From Opitutales bacterium (lineage in GTDB: Bacteria; Verrucomicrobiota; Verrucomicrobiia; Opitutales; PNEW01), in assembly GCA_965219535.1 (NCBI GenBank), contig CBDCNV010000001.1:1050001-1082000 (forward strand): a stretch of DNA of 32,000 nucleotides, in the 5' to 3' direction. Under the pieces are notes generated by a model. That model saw nothing but the letters and a program-made list of their open reading frames with translations, made no database searches and was not told the origin of the DNA. Made by a program: the position numbers and the translations under genes. This document shows positions 8,488-16,916 of the stretch, piece after piece. The first letter of the stretch is position 1. The number at the start of each line of letters is the position of its first letter.

Positions 8488-9135
8488 CTACTTTACTTCT
8501 TCCAGGTCGATAATACCTTCGGCGATGGCGTACTTCGTCAACCCCGCGACATTATGAATGTCCAGCTTATTCATGATCCGTTCGCGATAAGTCTCGATGG
8601 TACGGGTATTCAATTTCAAGTGGGCTGCCATTTCCTTGTTGCTCATCCCATTAGTGATGAATTTAAGGACTTCCTCCTCGCGTCGAGAGAGATGAATACC
8701 ACTGAAATTATTTAAAGAGGCCTTTAAAATTAAATCGGATATTTCATCGCTGAAAAAATAATTACCCTGATGTACTTTTTCAATGGCGCGGTACAATTTT
8801 TCAGGAGAAGCATCCTTCAACATATAACCCAGCACCCCCAAACTTACGAGTTCCTTCGCATATTCCCTGCTTTTATACACGGTGAGAATGATGATTTTTG
8901 TTTTTGGAGAAAACTTCTTGAGCTGTTTCGCCACATCAATTCCACTCAATTTCGGCATTCTGATATCCAGGAGAAGGATATCCGGTAGCAATTCCTTGGC
9001 TTTGGCTAATGCTTCTTCGCCGTCTCCAGCTTCCCCCACAATTTTTAAATTACTTTTCTCGGATAAATACGCGCGAATCCCCTCCCTTACGATAGGGTGA
9101 TCATCCGCCAGTAAAACAGTGATCTTATCTTTCAT
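8488..9135 (-). CDS. NarL/FixJ-family response regulator (REC + LuxR-type HTH), paralog of 5089..5736
   Basis: The sequence includes MKDKITVLLADDHPIVREG...ILLLDIRMPKLSG and LSRREEEVLKFITNGMSNKEMAAHLKLNTRTIETYRERIMNKLDIHNVAGLTKYAI. ATG 9135 is preferred over the ORF-track TTG at 9156. Confidence 0.9.
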   Translation of the reverse strand: MKDKITVLLADDHPIVREGIRAYLSEKSNLKIVGEAGDGEEALAKAKELLPDILLLDIRMPKLSGIDVAKQLKKFSPKTKIIILTVYKSREYAKELVSLGVLGYMLKDASPEKLYRAIEKVHQGNYFFSDEISDLILKASLNNFSGIHLSRREEEVLKFITNGMSNKEMAAHLKLNTRTIETYRERIMNKLDIHNVAGLTKYAIAEGIIDLEEVK

Positions 9136-9375
9136 GCAAACGGTGATTGGAATCAATCGGTACTCAATTAAATTCTATTTATATAAATATTACCATTAAA
9201 CGGTAGTGAAAATCCGATTTCCAAATCCATTTTCGGGATATAAAGTGGTATCTTGCACAATTTATATATAATTACAATACAAGTGAGTAACAATGGGGGA
9301 TAATGCGGTCACTGAATGTAGGGATAAATACGGACAAGGTGATCCATGAGCGTAATAAACACCGTTGTAAAAATT

Positions 9376-9408
9376 GTGTTAAATAATATTCGATTATTTA
9401 TTTAACAC
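9376..9408. promoter_or_regulatory. Perfect 11-bp inverted repeat (candidate operator or RNA hairpin) upstream of the regulator gene
   Basis: GTGTTAAATAA-(11 nt)-TTATTTAACAC, about 240 bp upstream of the ATG at 9135. It is flanked by two copies of AACACCGTT. Confidence 0.3.
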
Positions 9409-9521
9409 CGTTTATTCCATAACGACTAACGTCCGTTCAAAATGACGGGACCCCCTCTTCGTATTAAATTGATTACGTTAGATTGATGGTGTAATACAAT
9501 ATTAAGGTCTTGATTGATTTG

Positions 9522-9543
9522 AAAAACATGAGGTCATGTTTTT
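9522..9543 (-). terminator. Palindromic terminator-like hairpin downstream of the HisKA_3 kinase gene
   Basis: AAAAACATGA-GG-TCATGTTTTT is a perfect 10-bp inverted repeat with A5/T5 ends, 67 nt past the kinase stop. The stem is AU-rich, so its strength is modest. Confidence 0.45.
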
Positions 9544-9609
9544 AAAAAGACCCAGATTTTTCTTCACCTCAGGATCAATAAAATCTGAACTTAAATCTAC
9601 GAGAATTAA

Positions 9610-10503
9610 CTAAGTAAAGGGGATCTCTACTGTGATATCCGTTCCCTCATGTGGGGAAGATTCGATCGTAAATTTGCCATTAATCAGTGCAGTTCTCTCT
9701 TTCATACCGAGGAGACCCATTCCCGAATAACGTTCTTTTTTAAATTTCTTGTCATCCTCGCAATCAAATCCCCTGCCGTTATCTCTGACCCTTAATTCTA
9801 AATTGTCTTTAAACTGCAATAAGCTTACACTGGCGATTGTAGCGTTTGCATGCTTAACTACGTTATTTAAGGCTTCCTGGACAACACGGTAAAGCGTCAG
9901 TTCTAAATCTTGGGCCATGCGTTTGTAAATTCCGGAAAAATGTATCTCAATTTTTAAATCAGTTCGGTCCATGACTTCATTACATATATTACGCAGCGAC
10001 ACTTCCAGACCGAGATCTTCCAGTTCAAAGGGCATTAAATTATTTGAAATACGCCTTATCTCCTGGATGCTGCGTTCAAGCAGATCTTTCACCTTTCTAA
10101 TTTGATTTAAATCTTCAGATTGATTTGTTTGTATCATACTTTTTTCCACGGATTGGATACGGAATCTGATAGAAGAGAGGAGTTGACTGAGGCTGTCGTG
10201 AAGGTCTCTTGCGATACGACGGCGCTCATGCTCCTGCGCTGCAAAGATACGGCGGGAGAGTGTGCGTAACCGTTTTTCCGCCTCTTCAAGCTCAGTAATA
10301 TCGAATCCTGTCCCCATCACACCGATATTTTCATTATTATCATCTTTAATCGAATTTTTTGATCCGTGATTCCACGGCTTTCCCCCGGTGGGACTCTTCG
10401 ATAATGATTCGTCATTAATCATTGGATAATAGTCATTTATAATTTCTGTATACCCATTCGCTGAATGCCTGACGTCTTCGATGTCTTCGTACGGATTAAT
10501 CAA
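9610..10503 (-). CDS. Sensor histidine kinase core (partial PAS + HisKA_3 + HATPase_c), N-terminally truncated
   Basis: The HisKA_3 H-box is FAAQEHERRRIARDLHDSLSQLLSS. The ATPase boxes are QEALNNVVKHA, DNGRGF and GMGLLGMKER. The N-terminus starts in the middle of a PAS domain (...NENIGVMGTGFDITELEEAEKRL). The frame opens only 2 codons before the TTG at 10503, after a TAG at 10512-10510. The true start is uncertain; the next ATG is at 10422. Confidence 0.8.
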   Translation of the reverse strand: MINPYEDIEDVRHSANGYTEIINDYYPMINDESLSKSPTGGKPWNHGSKNSIKDDNNENIGVMGTGFDITELEEAEKRLRTLSRRIFAAQEHERRRIARDLHDSLSQLLSSIRFRIQSVEKSMIQTNQSEDLNQIRKVKDLLERSIQEIRRISNNLMPFELEDLGLEVSLRNICNEVMDRTDLKIEIHFSGIYKRMAQDLELTLYRVVQEALNNVVKHANATIASVSLLQFKDNLELRVRDNGRGFDCEDDKKFKKERYSGMGLLGMKERTALINGKFTIESSPHEGTDITVEIPFT

Positions 10504-10663
10504 ATCAAACTAATACGCGCCACTGAAGTTAACGGTAACTAACCGAGCTTATTAATCATTCATATTTAGGAAATTTGGCAATTCGTCCAGCATAATGCTA
10601 TACAGGGTTTACTCTTGCTTGAGGAAAAATGCCGCATACATGTGTCCGGCATTATAACTGCTG

Positions 10664-10812
10664 CTAGTTTAATCGAGGACTACAGAAGGGGTTCATCGGG
10701 TAGATGAAGACTGTCTGATTCTTCCCTCGAGCGCTAATGTGTACACCGGGGAAGCATTATTCTCGCATCGTGACAATTCATCACTGGGCACTTGGTCGGG
10801 GAAAGAGCGCAT
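10664..10812 (-). pseudogene. Frame-broken PAS-domain remnant upstream of the truncated kinase
   Basis: My hand translation of the minus strand gives ...NASPVYTLALEGRIRQSSSTR* in one frame. After a 1-nt shift it gives VFIYPMNPFCSPRLN*. Together these resemble the N-terminal PAS core (x-l-D-x-e-G-r-I-x-y-v-N-p-a-f). Stops occur in all frames between here and 10503. Confidence 0.35.
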
Positions 10813-11118
10813 ATATTAAAGGCGCTATTTGAGACCTGTAAATGAGGACGGAAGAATTTCACTATTTCCCGTAAAAATACAGGATTCTATGTATTCTAAT
10901 TTAGCTACTTTTAATTAATAATTGTCCTTTAAGAGTAATTTTAATTCCCGCATAAAAAATCCGGTAAAGAAACAATTTTAAAACACATTGAACGCTTTTA
11001 TAAGAAAATCCTTCTATAGCCAAGAACTGGTAGATGTTTTCAAAGAATATATAGAATCTGTAAACTAAATCTGTGAAATAGTTATTTAGATAATCTCTAT
11101 TTAGAAGTCTGCACCACC

Positions 11119-12381
11119 ATGGATAAAATTAATTTAGAAAGATACGCCATTCTCTATGTAGATGACGAGGAAAAGTCCCTGAAAATATTTAGACGTGTAT
11201 TTAAAGATCAGTTCAAAATATATACTGCTGCGAATGCTGAAGAAGGTTACCAGTTATTCAAGGATCATAAAAATGAGATAGGGCTTCTCATTACTGATCA
11301 AAGAATGCCCGGGGAAAAAGGGGTGCGATTATTGGAAAAAGTACGTCGTACCCAACCGCGAGTCATCCGCATCCTCGTAACTGCTTATACTGACCTCGAT
11401 GCGGCAATTGATGCGGTCAACTCGGGAGCTATTTATAAATACATTAATAAACCATGGAATCTATCTGAACTAAAATTAACCCTTAAACAGGGGCTTGAAT
11501 TATTTGCGCTGCAAAAAGAGAGAGATCGTCTGATGCAAGAGAAATTATCTATCCTGCATAATATGGTTATCACCGATCGGGTTATTAACCTAGGTATGCT
11601 TGCCGCGGGATTAGGTCATTATGTGCGAAATTCATTTGTTGCGGTGAGAACCTTTCTCGATTTAGTGCCTGTAAGGCTGAAGGAAGAAAAAGTAGATTTA
11701 AATGAATTGAGTAACCCAAAATTCTGGAAAGATTTCTATACCCATGTTCAAAATCAGATCTGTCGAGTATTAAAATTATTAGACGATCTTGGAATAGTTT
11801 CAGAATTAGGGTCGCCTTCTAATCAAGAATCATTGCATTTCAATGATGTCATCGATGCCACCCTTGAAAATTTATATGGCGATCTTAGGAAGAAAAAAAT
11901 AAATGTCACAAAGAAAATACCTGAAAACTTAGCACCCTTAGCTGTGGATAAGGCAAAATTTCATCGTCTGTTCGATCTTTTAATTAAAGATGAAATTATA
12001 TATTTATCAGAGGGCAGCGAAATTTCTATCAGCGCAAGTAATATACGCACTGGAAACGAAGATGGAGATAAAGTAGAAATAGAGATATGTGATAATGGAC
12101 CTGGATTACCCGAAGACGAACTAAGTTCATTATTTGATCCTTTTTATCTGCGGAGTGATGACCTGGAGGAGTTTGGTATTAACCTTATGACCTGTTATTT
12201 TATTGTTTATCATCATGGTGGAAAAATTGAGGTCGAAAGTAAGGAAGATAGGGGAACGAAATTCACTTTAACTTTTGAAACACAAGGAAAAACCGAAGAC
12301 ACACAGAAAGATGAACGAGAATTTCTCAGCGAAGTCTTAATGAATGAAAAAATGTGGGAGAAAATGCTGGCACAATATTGA
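11119..12381 (+). CDS. REC-first histidine kinase (receiver + HisKA-like + HATPase_c), no sensor or TM domain
   Basis: The receiver is ILYVDDEEKSL...LLITDQRMPGEKG...YKYINKPW. The dimerisation/H-box-like segment is LGMLAAGLGHYVRNSFVAVRTF. The ATPase boxes are ICDNGPGL, LFDPFY and HHGGKIEVESKEDRGTKFTLTF. Confidence 0.85.
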   Translation: MDKINLERYAILYVDDEEKSLKIFRRVFKDQFKIYTAANAEEGYQLFKDHKNEIGLLITDQRMPGEKGVRLLEKVRRTQPRVIRILVTAYTDLDAAIDAVNSGAIYKYINKPWNLSELKLTLKQGLELFALQKERDRLMQEKLSILHNMVITDRVINLGMLAAGLGHYVRNSFVAVRTFLDLVPVRLKEEKVDLNELSNPKFWKDFYTHVQNQICRVLKLLDDLGIVSELGSPSNQESLHFNDVIDATLENLYGDLRKKKINVTKKIPENLAPLAVDKAKFHRLFDLLIKDEIIYLSEGSEISISASNIRTGNEDGDKVEIEICDNGPGLPEDELSSLFDPFYLRSDDLEEFGINLMTCYFIVYHHGGKIEVESKEDRGTKFTLTFETQGKTEDTQKDEREFLSEVLMNEKMWEKMLAQY

Positions 12382-12715
12382 TGCGTTCAGGCTCTTTTAC
12401 CCCTTAGAGCTTTAATTTATTTATAGCAACGATAAGTGAATCGTAAAATACTGCTCGGCCAATCTGAACTTTCACGCTTGCAGATTACTGGACAATTATC
12501 TCCGCACTTTCTAATTAACTATTTCGCGCTCAATTGATGGTTCATGGTGAATTAAGCTTGCTTGTTTTATCGAATTCTTGAAAGTCAACAGCTTGTTTGT
12601 TGAGATAATGTCCGAGCGTGATGAGAAATATTTTGGACGTCGAAGTGCTTAATCTAGCCTTTAAAATCATTGGTGGGTGCTTTGGGTCTTAGTCTACCGT
12701 GATAGATAATAAATA

Positions 12716-13216
12716 ATGCGACATACTTTATCAGTTTTAGTGGAAAATCAATTTGGGGTGTTAACTCGCGTGACCGGGATGTTCAGCGGTCGTGGATTTA
12801 ATATCGACACCCTTAATGTCGGACCGACGCAGGATCCAAAATTATCACGTATAACCGCTACCGTTCAGGGAGATAATGAACAACTAGATCAATGCATTAA
12901 ACAACTGCAGAAACTTGTTAACGTTATTGAGGTAATCGATCTGAGGATGGGGCAGTTTGTTGCCAGAGAGCTTATCATGTTAAAAGTTTCAGCTAACTCA
13001 GAAACCCGTGGAGAATTGGTGCAGATCTGTGATATCTTTCGCGCGAAGATTATCGATGTCCGCCATGACCGAATTATCGTTGAGATGACAGGTGATGAAA
13101 GCAAGGTGCGCGCATTTTTAGAACTTATTGAGCCTTTTGGGCTCCTTGAGCTTGCGAGGACTGGAAACGTTGCCCTTAAGAGAAGGATAGGAAAAGAAGG
13201 AGCTGAAGAAAGTTAA
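12716..13216 (+). CDS. ilvN: Acetolactate synthase small (regulatory) subunit
   Basis: The N-terminal ACT domain MRHTLSVLVENQFGVLTRVTGMFSGRGFNIDTLNVGPT is present, and the 166-aa length is typical of IlvH/IlvN. Confidence 0.9.
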   Translation: MRHTLSVLVENQFGVLTRVTGMFSGRGFNIDTLNVGPTQDPKLSRITATVQGDNEQLDQCIKQLQKLVNVIEVIDLRMGQFVARELIMLKVSANSETRGELVQICDIFRAKIIDVRHDRIIVEMTGDESKVRAFLELIEPFGLLELARTGNVALKRRIGKEGAEES

Positions 13217-13262
13217 TTTCTATGAATAACAATTTAACTAATGAATTAAGATAAGGAAAAAT

Positions 13263-14291
13263 ATGCCCGCAAAAGTTTATACCAATAAAGACGCTAATCT
13301 ATCTGTATTGAAAAACAAAACCCTGGCGGTGCTCGGCTATGGTTCTCAAGGTCACGCCCATGCGCAAAATTTGAAAGATAGCGGGCTAAAAGTCATTATT
13401 GGCTTATACCCTCAAAGCAAATCGATTAAAGTTGCGAAAAAGCAGGGCTTCGAAGTTTTCGATGTGCCGACATCAGTACAAATAGCGGACGTAATTATGG
13501 TTGCGGTACCTGATATGGTTCAGGCATCACTTTACAAAAATGAAATTGAACCTTATATATCCGCGGGTAAAACCCTTGTTTTCAGTCATGGTTTTTGTGT
13601 CCATTTTGACCTCATCAAACCACAGAAGAAAATTGATGTTATCATGGTTGCTCCCAAGGGCCCCGGGCACATTGTCCGCACCCAGTATCTGGAAGGGAAA
13701 GGAGTTCCCGCCCTTATCGCCATCGCGCCGGGCTCTTCAAAAAAAGCCAAATCTGTTGCCTTGGCCTGGGCCAAAGGGATAGGAGCGACAAGAGCCGGTG
13801 TGCTCCAGACGACCTTTAAAGAAGAAACTGAAACCGACCTCTTTGGTGAACAAGCGGTCCTCTGTGGTGGAGCAAGTGCGCTTGTTCTCGCGGGATACGA
13901 GACACTGATTGAGGCGGGATATCAACCGGAAATGGCATACTTTGAATGCCTGCATGAATTAAAACTTATCGTTGATCTTATGGTTGAATCCGGAATTGCG
14001 GGAATGCGATTTTCCGTATCGGAAACAGCGAAGTATGGCGATATTACACGGGGCCCTCGCGTTATCAATTCGCAGACGAAGAAAGTGATGAAAGGAATTT
14101 TAAAGGACGTCCAATCAGGGAAATTCGCCAAGGAGTGGGTTAGTGAATACAAAAGAGGTTTACCGAAATATAATGCCTTACTTAAAAAAGGCGAAAAACA
14201 CGGCATTGAAAAAATAGGACAACGACTTCGTAGTATAATGCCGTGGGTTAAAAAGAGGAATATTAAAGGGGCACAGGCGGCTTATAACTAG
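13263..14291 (+). CDS. ilvC: Ketol-acid reductoisomerase (class I)
   Basis: Matching segments are LAVLGYGSQGHAHAQNLKDSG, GFCVHF, VAPKGPGH, TFKEETETDLFGEQAVLCGG and HELKLIVD. The protein is 342 aa. Confidence 0.95.
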   Translation: MPAKVYTNKDANLSVLKNKTLAVLGYGSQGHAHAQNLKDSGLKVIIGLYPQSKSIKVAKKQGFEVFDVPTSVQIADVIMVAVPDMVQASLYKNEIEPYISAGKTLVFSHGFCVHFDLIKPQKKIDVIMVAPKGPGHIVRTQYLEGKGVPALIAIAPGSSKKAKSVALAWAKGIGATRAGVLQTTFKEETETDLFGEQAVLCGGASALVLAGYETLIEAGYQPEMAYFECLHELKLIVDLMVESGIAGMRFSVSETAKYGDITRGPRVINSQTKKVMKGILKDVQSGKFAKEWVSEYKRGLPKYNALLKKGEKHGIEKIGQRLRSIMPWVKKRNIKGAQAAYN

Positions 14292-14483
14292 AGCTCAGCC
14301 TATTTTCACGAAGCGTGAAAGCAGAGATAGGTCTAAGTAATTCTCTAAATATTTTTAACCGGCAAGTGAGGCCTCAGGCTTTGGAGGGTGACTGGAATTG
14401 CTTTTTCATTTCAGAATTATTTTGAATTTAGGCATTCCAACTCTAAGTTGTATCAGGTTTAAGCGCTCTTTATATGATTTCCC

Positions 14484-15338
14484 ATGAGTAAGAACATTAC
14501 TTTAGCTACGCGAAAGAGTCCCTTAGCCGTAATTCAGACACAACTCGTTTGTGATTATCTAAAGGAAAAGCTTCCCGATTGTGATTTTAGCATGCTTAAA
14601 TTGTCAACGACCGGCGACCAGAAACGCAGTTGGTCGCTTGAAGCTGAAGGAGGAAAAGGGCTGTTTACTAAGGAGTTGGAAATAGCTTTAAATGACGGCC
14701 GAGCAGATCTTGCGGTGCATAGCGCTAAAGACCTTCCCATGGAGCTAGGTTCTGGATTGACCCTCGCTGGATATTTGCCAAGGGCTGACGCTCATGACGT
14801 ATTTGTGATGCGCGAGGGTTGCACTGATCTTAAAACGATAGCCACGAGCAGTCCGCGTCGGCGCGTCCAGGTTGGCTTGATTCATCCCCGGATTAATTGG
14901 ATTGAAATTCGCGGCAATGTTGAAACGCGGTTAGATAAAATCGCTTCCGGCGAAGCTGATGCCACAATTCTCGCCGCGGCTGGGCTCAAACGCCTCTCTA
15001 TCGAATCCTGGCCGGGACTGGTCTTTAAACCGTACACTATTCGAGAGCTCGTCCCCGCGGCGGGGCAGGGGGCAATAGCCCTTGAATGTCGGGAAGGCGA
15101 GGATTCACAATATAAAACTGTCCTCGATGAAATAACTGATTGTGCCGTATCGAACGAACGCTATCTCATCGGCGAGCTAGGTGGTGGTTGTCATAGCGCG
15201 CATGCAGCCTACTTTATCGCTGACACTTTATACGTATTTCATGAGAAACATGGTTTTAATAAGTATGATTTTGCGGATCTCGACGATGCGGAGATAAAAA
15301 TCCGTCTGCGAGAGGTCTTAAACGAACTAAAGGATTGA
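14484..15338 (+). CDS. hemC: Hydroxymethylbilane synthase (porphobilinogen deaminase)
   Basis: Matching segments are LATRKSPLAVIQT, STTGDQ, KGLFTKELE, DLAVHSAKDLP, RGNVETRL and GGGCHSAHAAY (cofactor Cys). Confidence 0.9.
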   Translation: MSKNITLATRKSPLAVIQTQLVCDYLKEKLPDCDFSMLKLSTTGDQKRSWSLEAEGGKGLFTKELEIALNDGRADLAVHSAKDLPMELGSGLTLAGYLPRADAHDVFVMREGCTDLKTIATSSPRRRVQVGLIHPRINWIEIRGNVETRLDKIASGEADATILAAAGLKRLSIESWPGLVFKPYTIRELVPAAGQGAIALECREGEDSQYKTVLDEITDCAVSNERYLIGELGGGCHSAHAAYFIADTLYVFHEKHGFNKYDFADLDDAEIKIRLREVLNELKD

Positions 15339-16864
15339 TGATTCCCGGAATTGTTTATCTTGTCGGTGCCGGACCCGGTGACACGGGGCTACTGACCTTA
15401 CGCGCGCGTGAACTTATCGAGTTAGCAGACGTGATGGTTTATGATAATTTAATCAATGACCGCCTGCTCGACTGGTGTAAGTCGGATTGTGAGAAGGTGT
15501 ATGTCGGGAAGAAGCCGGGATTTCATGCTATATCTCAGGACGAGATCGAGGAGATAATTGTTCGGCATGCAAAAGAAGGTAAATCTGTAGTCAGATTAAA
15601 GGGTGGAGATCCTTTTATCTTCGGTCGGGGAGGTGAAGAAGCCCGTCGCTTAGTGGAAGATGGCATAAGATTCGAGATAGTTCCCGGAGTCACTGCCGCT
15701 TTAGCGGCGGCGGCATATGCGGGAGTACCGCTGACCCATCGTGATTATAGTTCTTCGATTAGTTTTTTGACCGGTCATGAAAATTCAGAAAAACACGAAT
15801 TTCGTATCTCCTTTCATGATTTTGCAAAAAATGCCGAAACACTTTGCATCTACATGGGCATGGGCCAACTTGAAAGGATTACGATCGAGCTTATTTCAGG
15901 TGGACTCTCACCCGATACCCCGGTTGTAGTTGTGCAAAGGGCGACCCTTCCCCAACAACGGAGTCTACTTTCCACTCTCTCTAAGGTTGCTGAAGAATGC
16001 AGAATAAAAGATCTCGGATCGCCGAGTGTCATTATCGTGGGAGAGGCAGCTAAGTTTTATAACAAGATGGGGTGGTTTGAGAAAAAACCGCTATTTGGTA
16101 AACGAATCGTAGTTACGCGAGATCGAGATCAAGCAGCATACCTGAGTTATAAACTGGAGGCCGCTGGTGCTGAAGTGCTCGAACTTCCACTCATTCAAAT
16201 TAAAAGGGTAAATGATCCGGCAGCCAGGACAGCTATTTTTTCTGAATTCGGAGCCTATGAGTGGATTATTTTCACAAGCAGTAATGGTGTGAAATACTTT
16301 TTTCATAACTTTTTGGAAACCTTTCCAGATATTCGGTCATTTGGAGGACTTAAAGTTGCCGCTGTCGGACAGGAGACGGCGAAAGCAATTAATAAGTATA
16401 ATCTGACCGTTGATCTCGTTCCGGATGTTTCGGATGAAGAAGCACTTGCCGATGCGCTTTTAAGTTATGAATCAATAGAGCATATCAAAATTCTAGTGAT
16501 TACTGGTAATCGCAATCGGGATCTATTGGTTAAAAAACTTGAAGATGCACTCGCTATTGTTGACACCTTCACCGTCTACAGAACAGATACCTTTGACATT
16601 ACAGAACATCCAGCAGCGAAATCGTTTCGCAAAGACGGAGCGGACGTTATCACTTTTACCAGTCCTTCCACCGTAAAATCTTTTGTCGATCAAGCTGCAT
16701 CTCTACAGTTGGATACAGGAGCAAAAAATCCCATTTCATGTAGTATAGGTCCAATCACTTCTGAATCGATGCGTAAGGCTGGTGTTCCCGTTGAATTGGA
16801 ATCGGAAAGTCAATCAATTGATGGAATGATACAGGCAATAATAGAAAAAATTAATCCGATCTAG
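15338..16864 (+). CDS. cobA: Uroporphyrinogen-III C-methyltransferase / uroporphyrinogen-III synthase fusion
   Basis: The N-terminal SUMT domain shows VYLVGAGPGDTGLLTLRA...ADVMVYDNL, RLKGGDPFIFGRGGEE and VPGVTAA. The C-terminal HemD domain shows KRIVVTRDRDQA...ELPLIQI...IIFTSSNGV. ATG 15338 overlaps the hemC TGA by 1 nt. The ORF track starts at TTG 15335. Confidence 0.9.
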   Translation: MIPGIVYLVGAGPGDTGLLTLRARELIELADVMVYDNLINDRLLDWCKSDCEKVYVGKKPGFHAISQDEIEEIIVRHAKEGKSVVRLKGGDPFIFGRGGEEARRLVEDGIRFEIVPGVTAALAAAAYAGVPLTHRDYSSSISFLTGHENSEKHEFRISFHDFAKNAETLCIYMGMGQLERITIELISGGLSPDTPVVVVQRATLPQQRSLLSTLSKVAEECRIKDLGSPSVIIVGEAAKFYNKMGWFEKKPLFGKRIVVTRDRDQAAYLSYKLEAAGAEVLELPLIQIKRVNDPAARTAIFSEFGAYEWIIFTSSNGVKYFFHNFLETFPDIRSFGGLKVAAVGQETAKAINKYNLTVDLVPDVSDEEALADALLSYESIEHIKILVITGNRNRDLLVKKLEDALAIVDTFTVYRTDTFDITEHPAAKSFRKDGADVITFTSPSTVKSFVDQAASLQLDTGAKNPISCSIGPITSESMRKAGVPVELESESQSIDGMIQAIIEKINPI

Positions 16865-16881
16865 GCATCGGTATTAACCTT

Positions 16882-16895
16882 AATCACTAGTGATT
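16882..16895. promoter_or_regulatory. Perfect 14-bp palindrome with ACTAGT core, 22 nt upstream of trpF
   Basis: AATCACTAGTGATT is its own reverse complement. It lies in the 52-bp spacer between cobA/hemD and trpF. It could be an operator or a short hairpin. Confidence 0.3.
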
Positions 16896-16916
16896 GTAAT
16901 TTTAAATCGTTGACTC

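Noticed and set aside
14292-14483. A cobalamin riboswitch or other leader upstream of hemC-cobA/hemD. The hairpin CCTAT-TTTCACG-AAG-CGTGAAA-...-ATAGG also lies after ilvC.
   Set aside because: No B12-box-like element is visible. The hairpin lacks a U-tract, so I do not call it a terminator or riboswitch.
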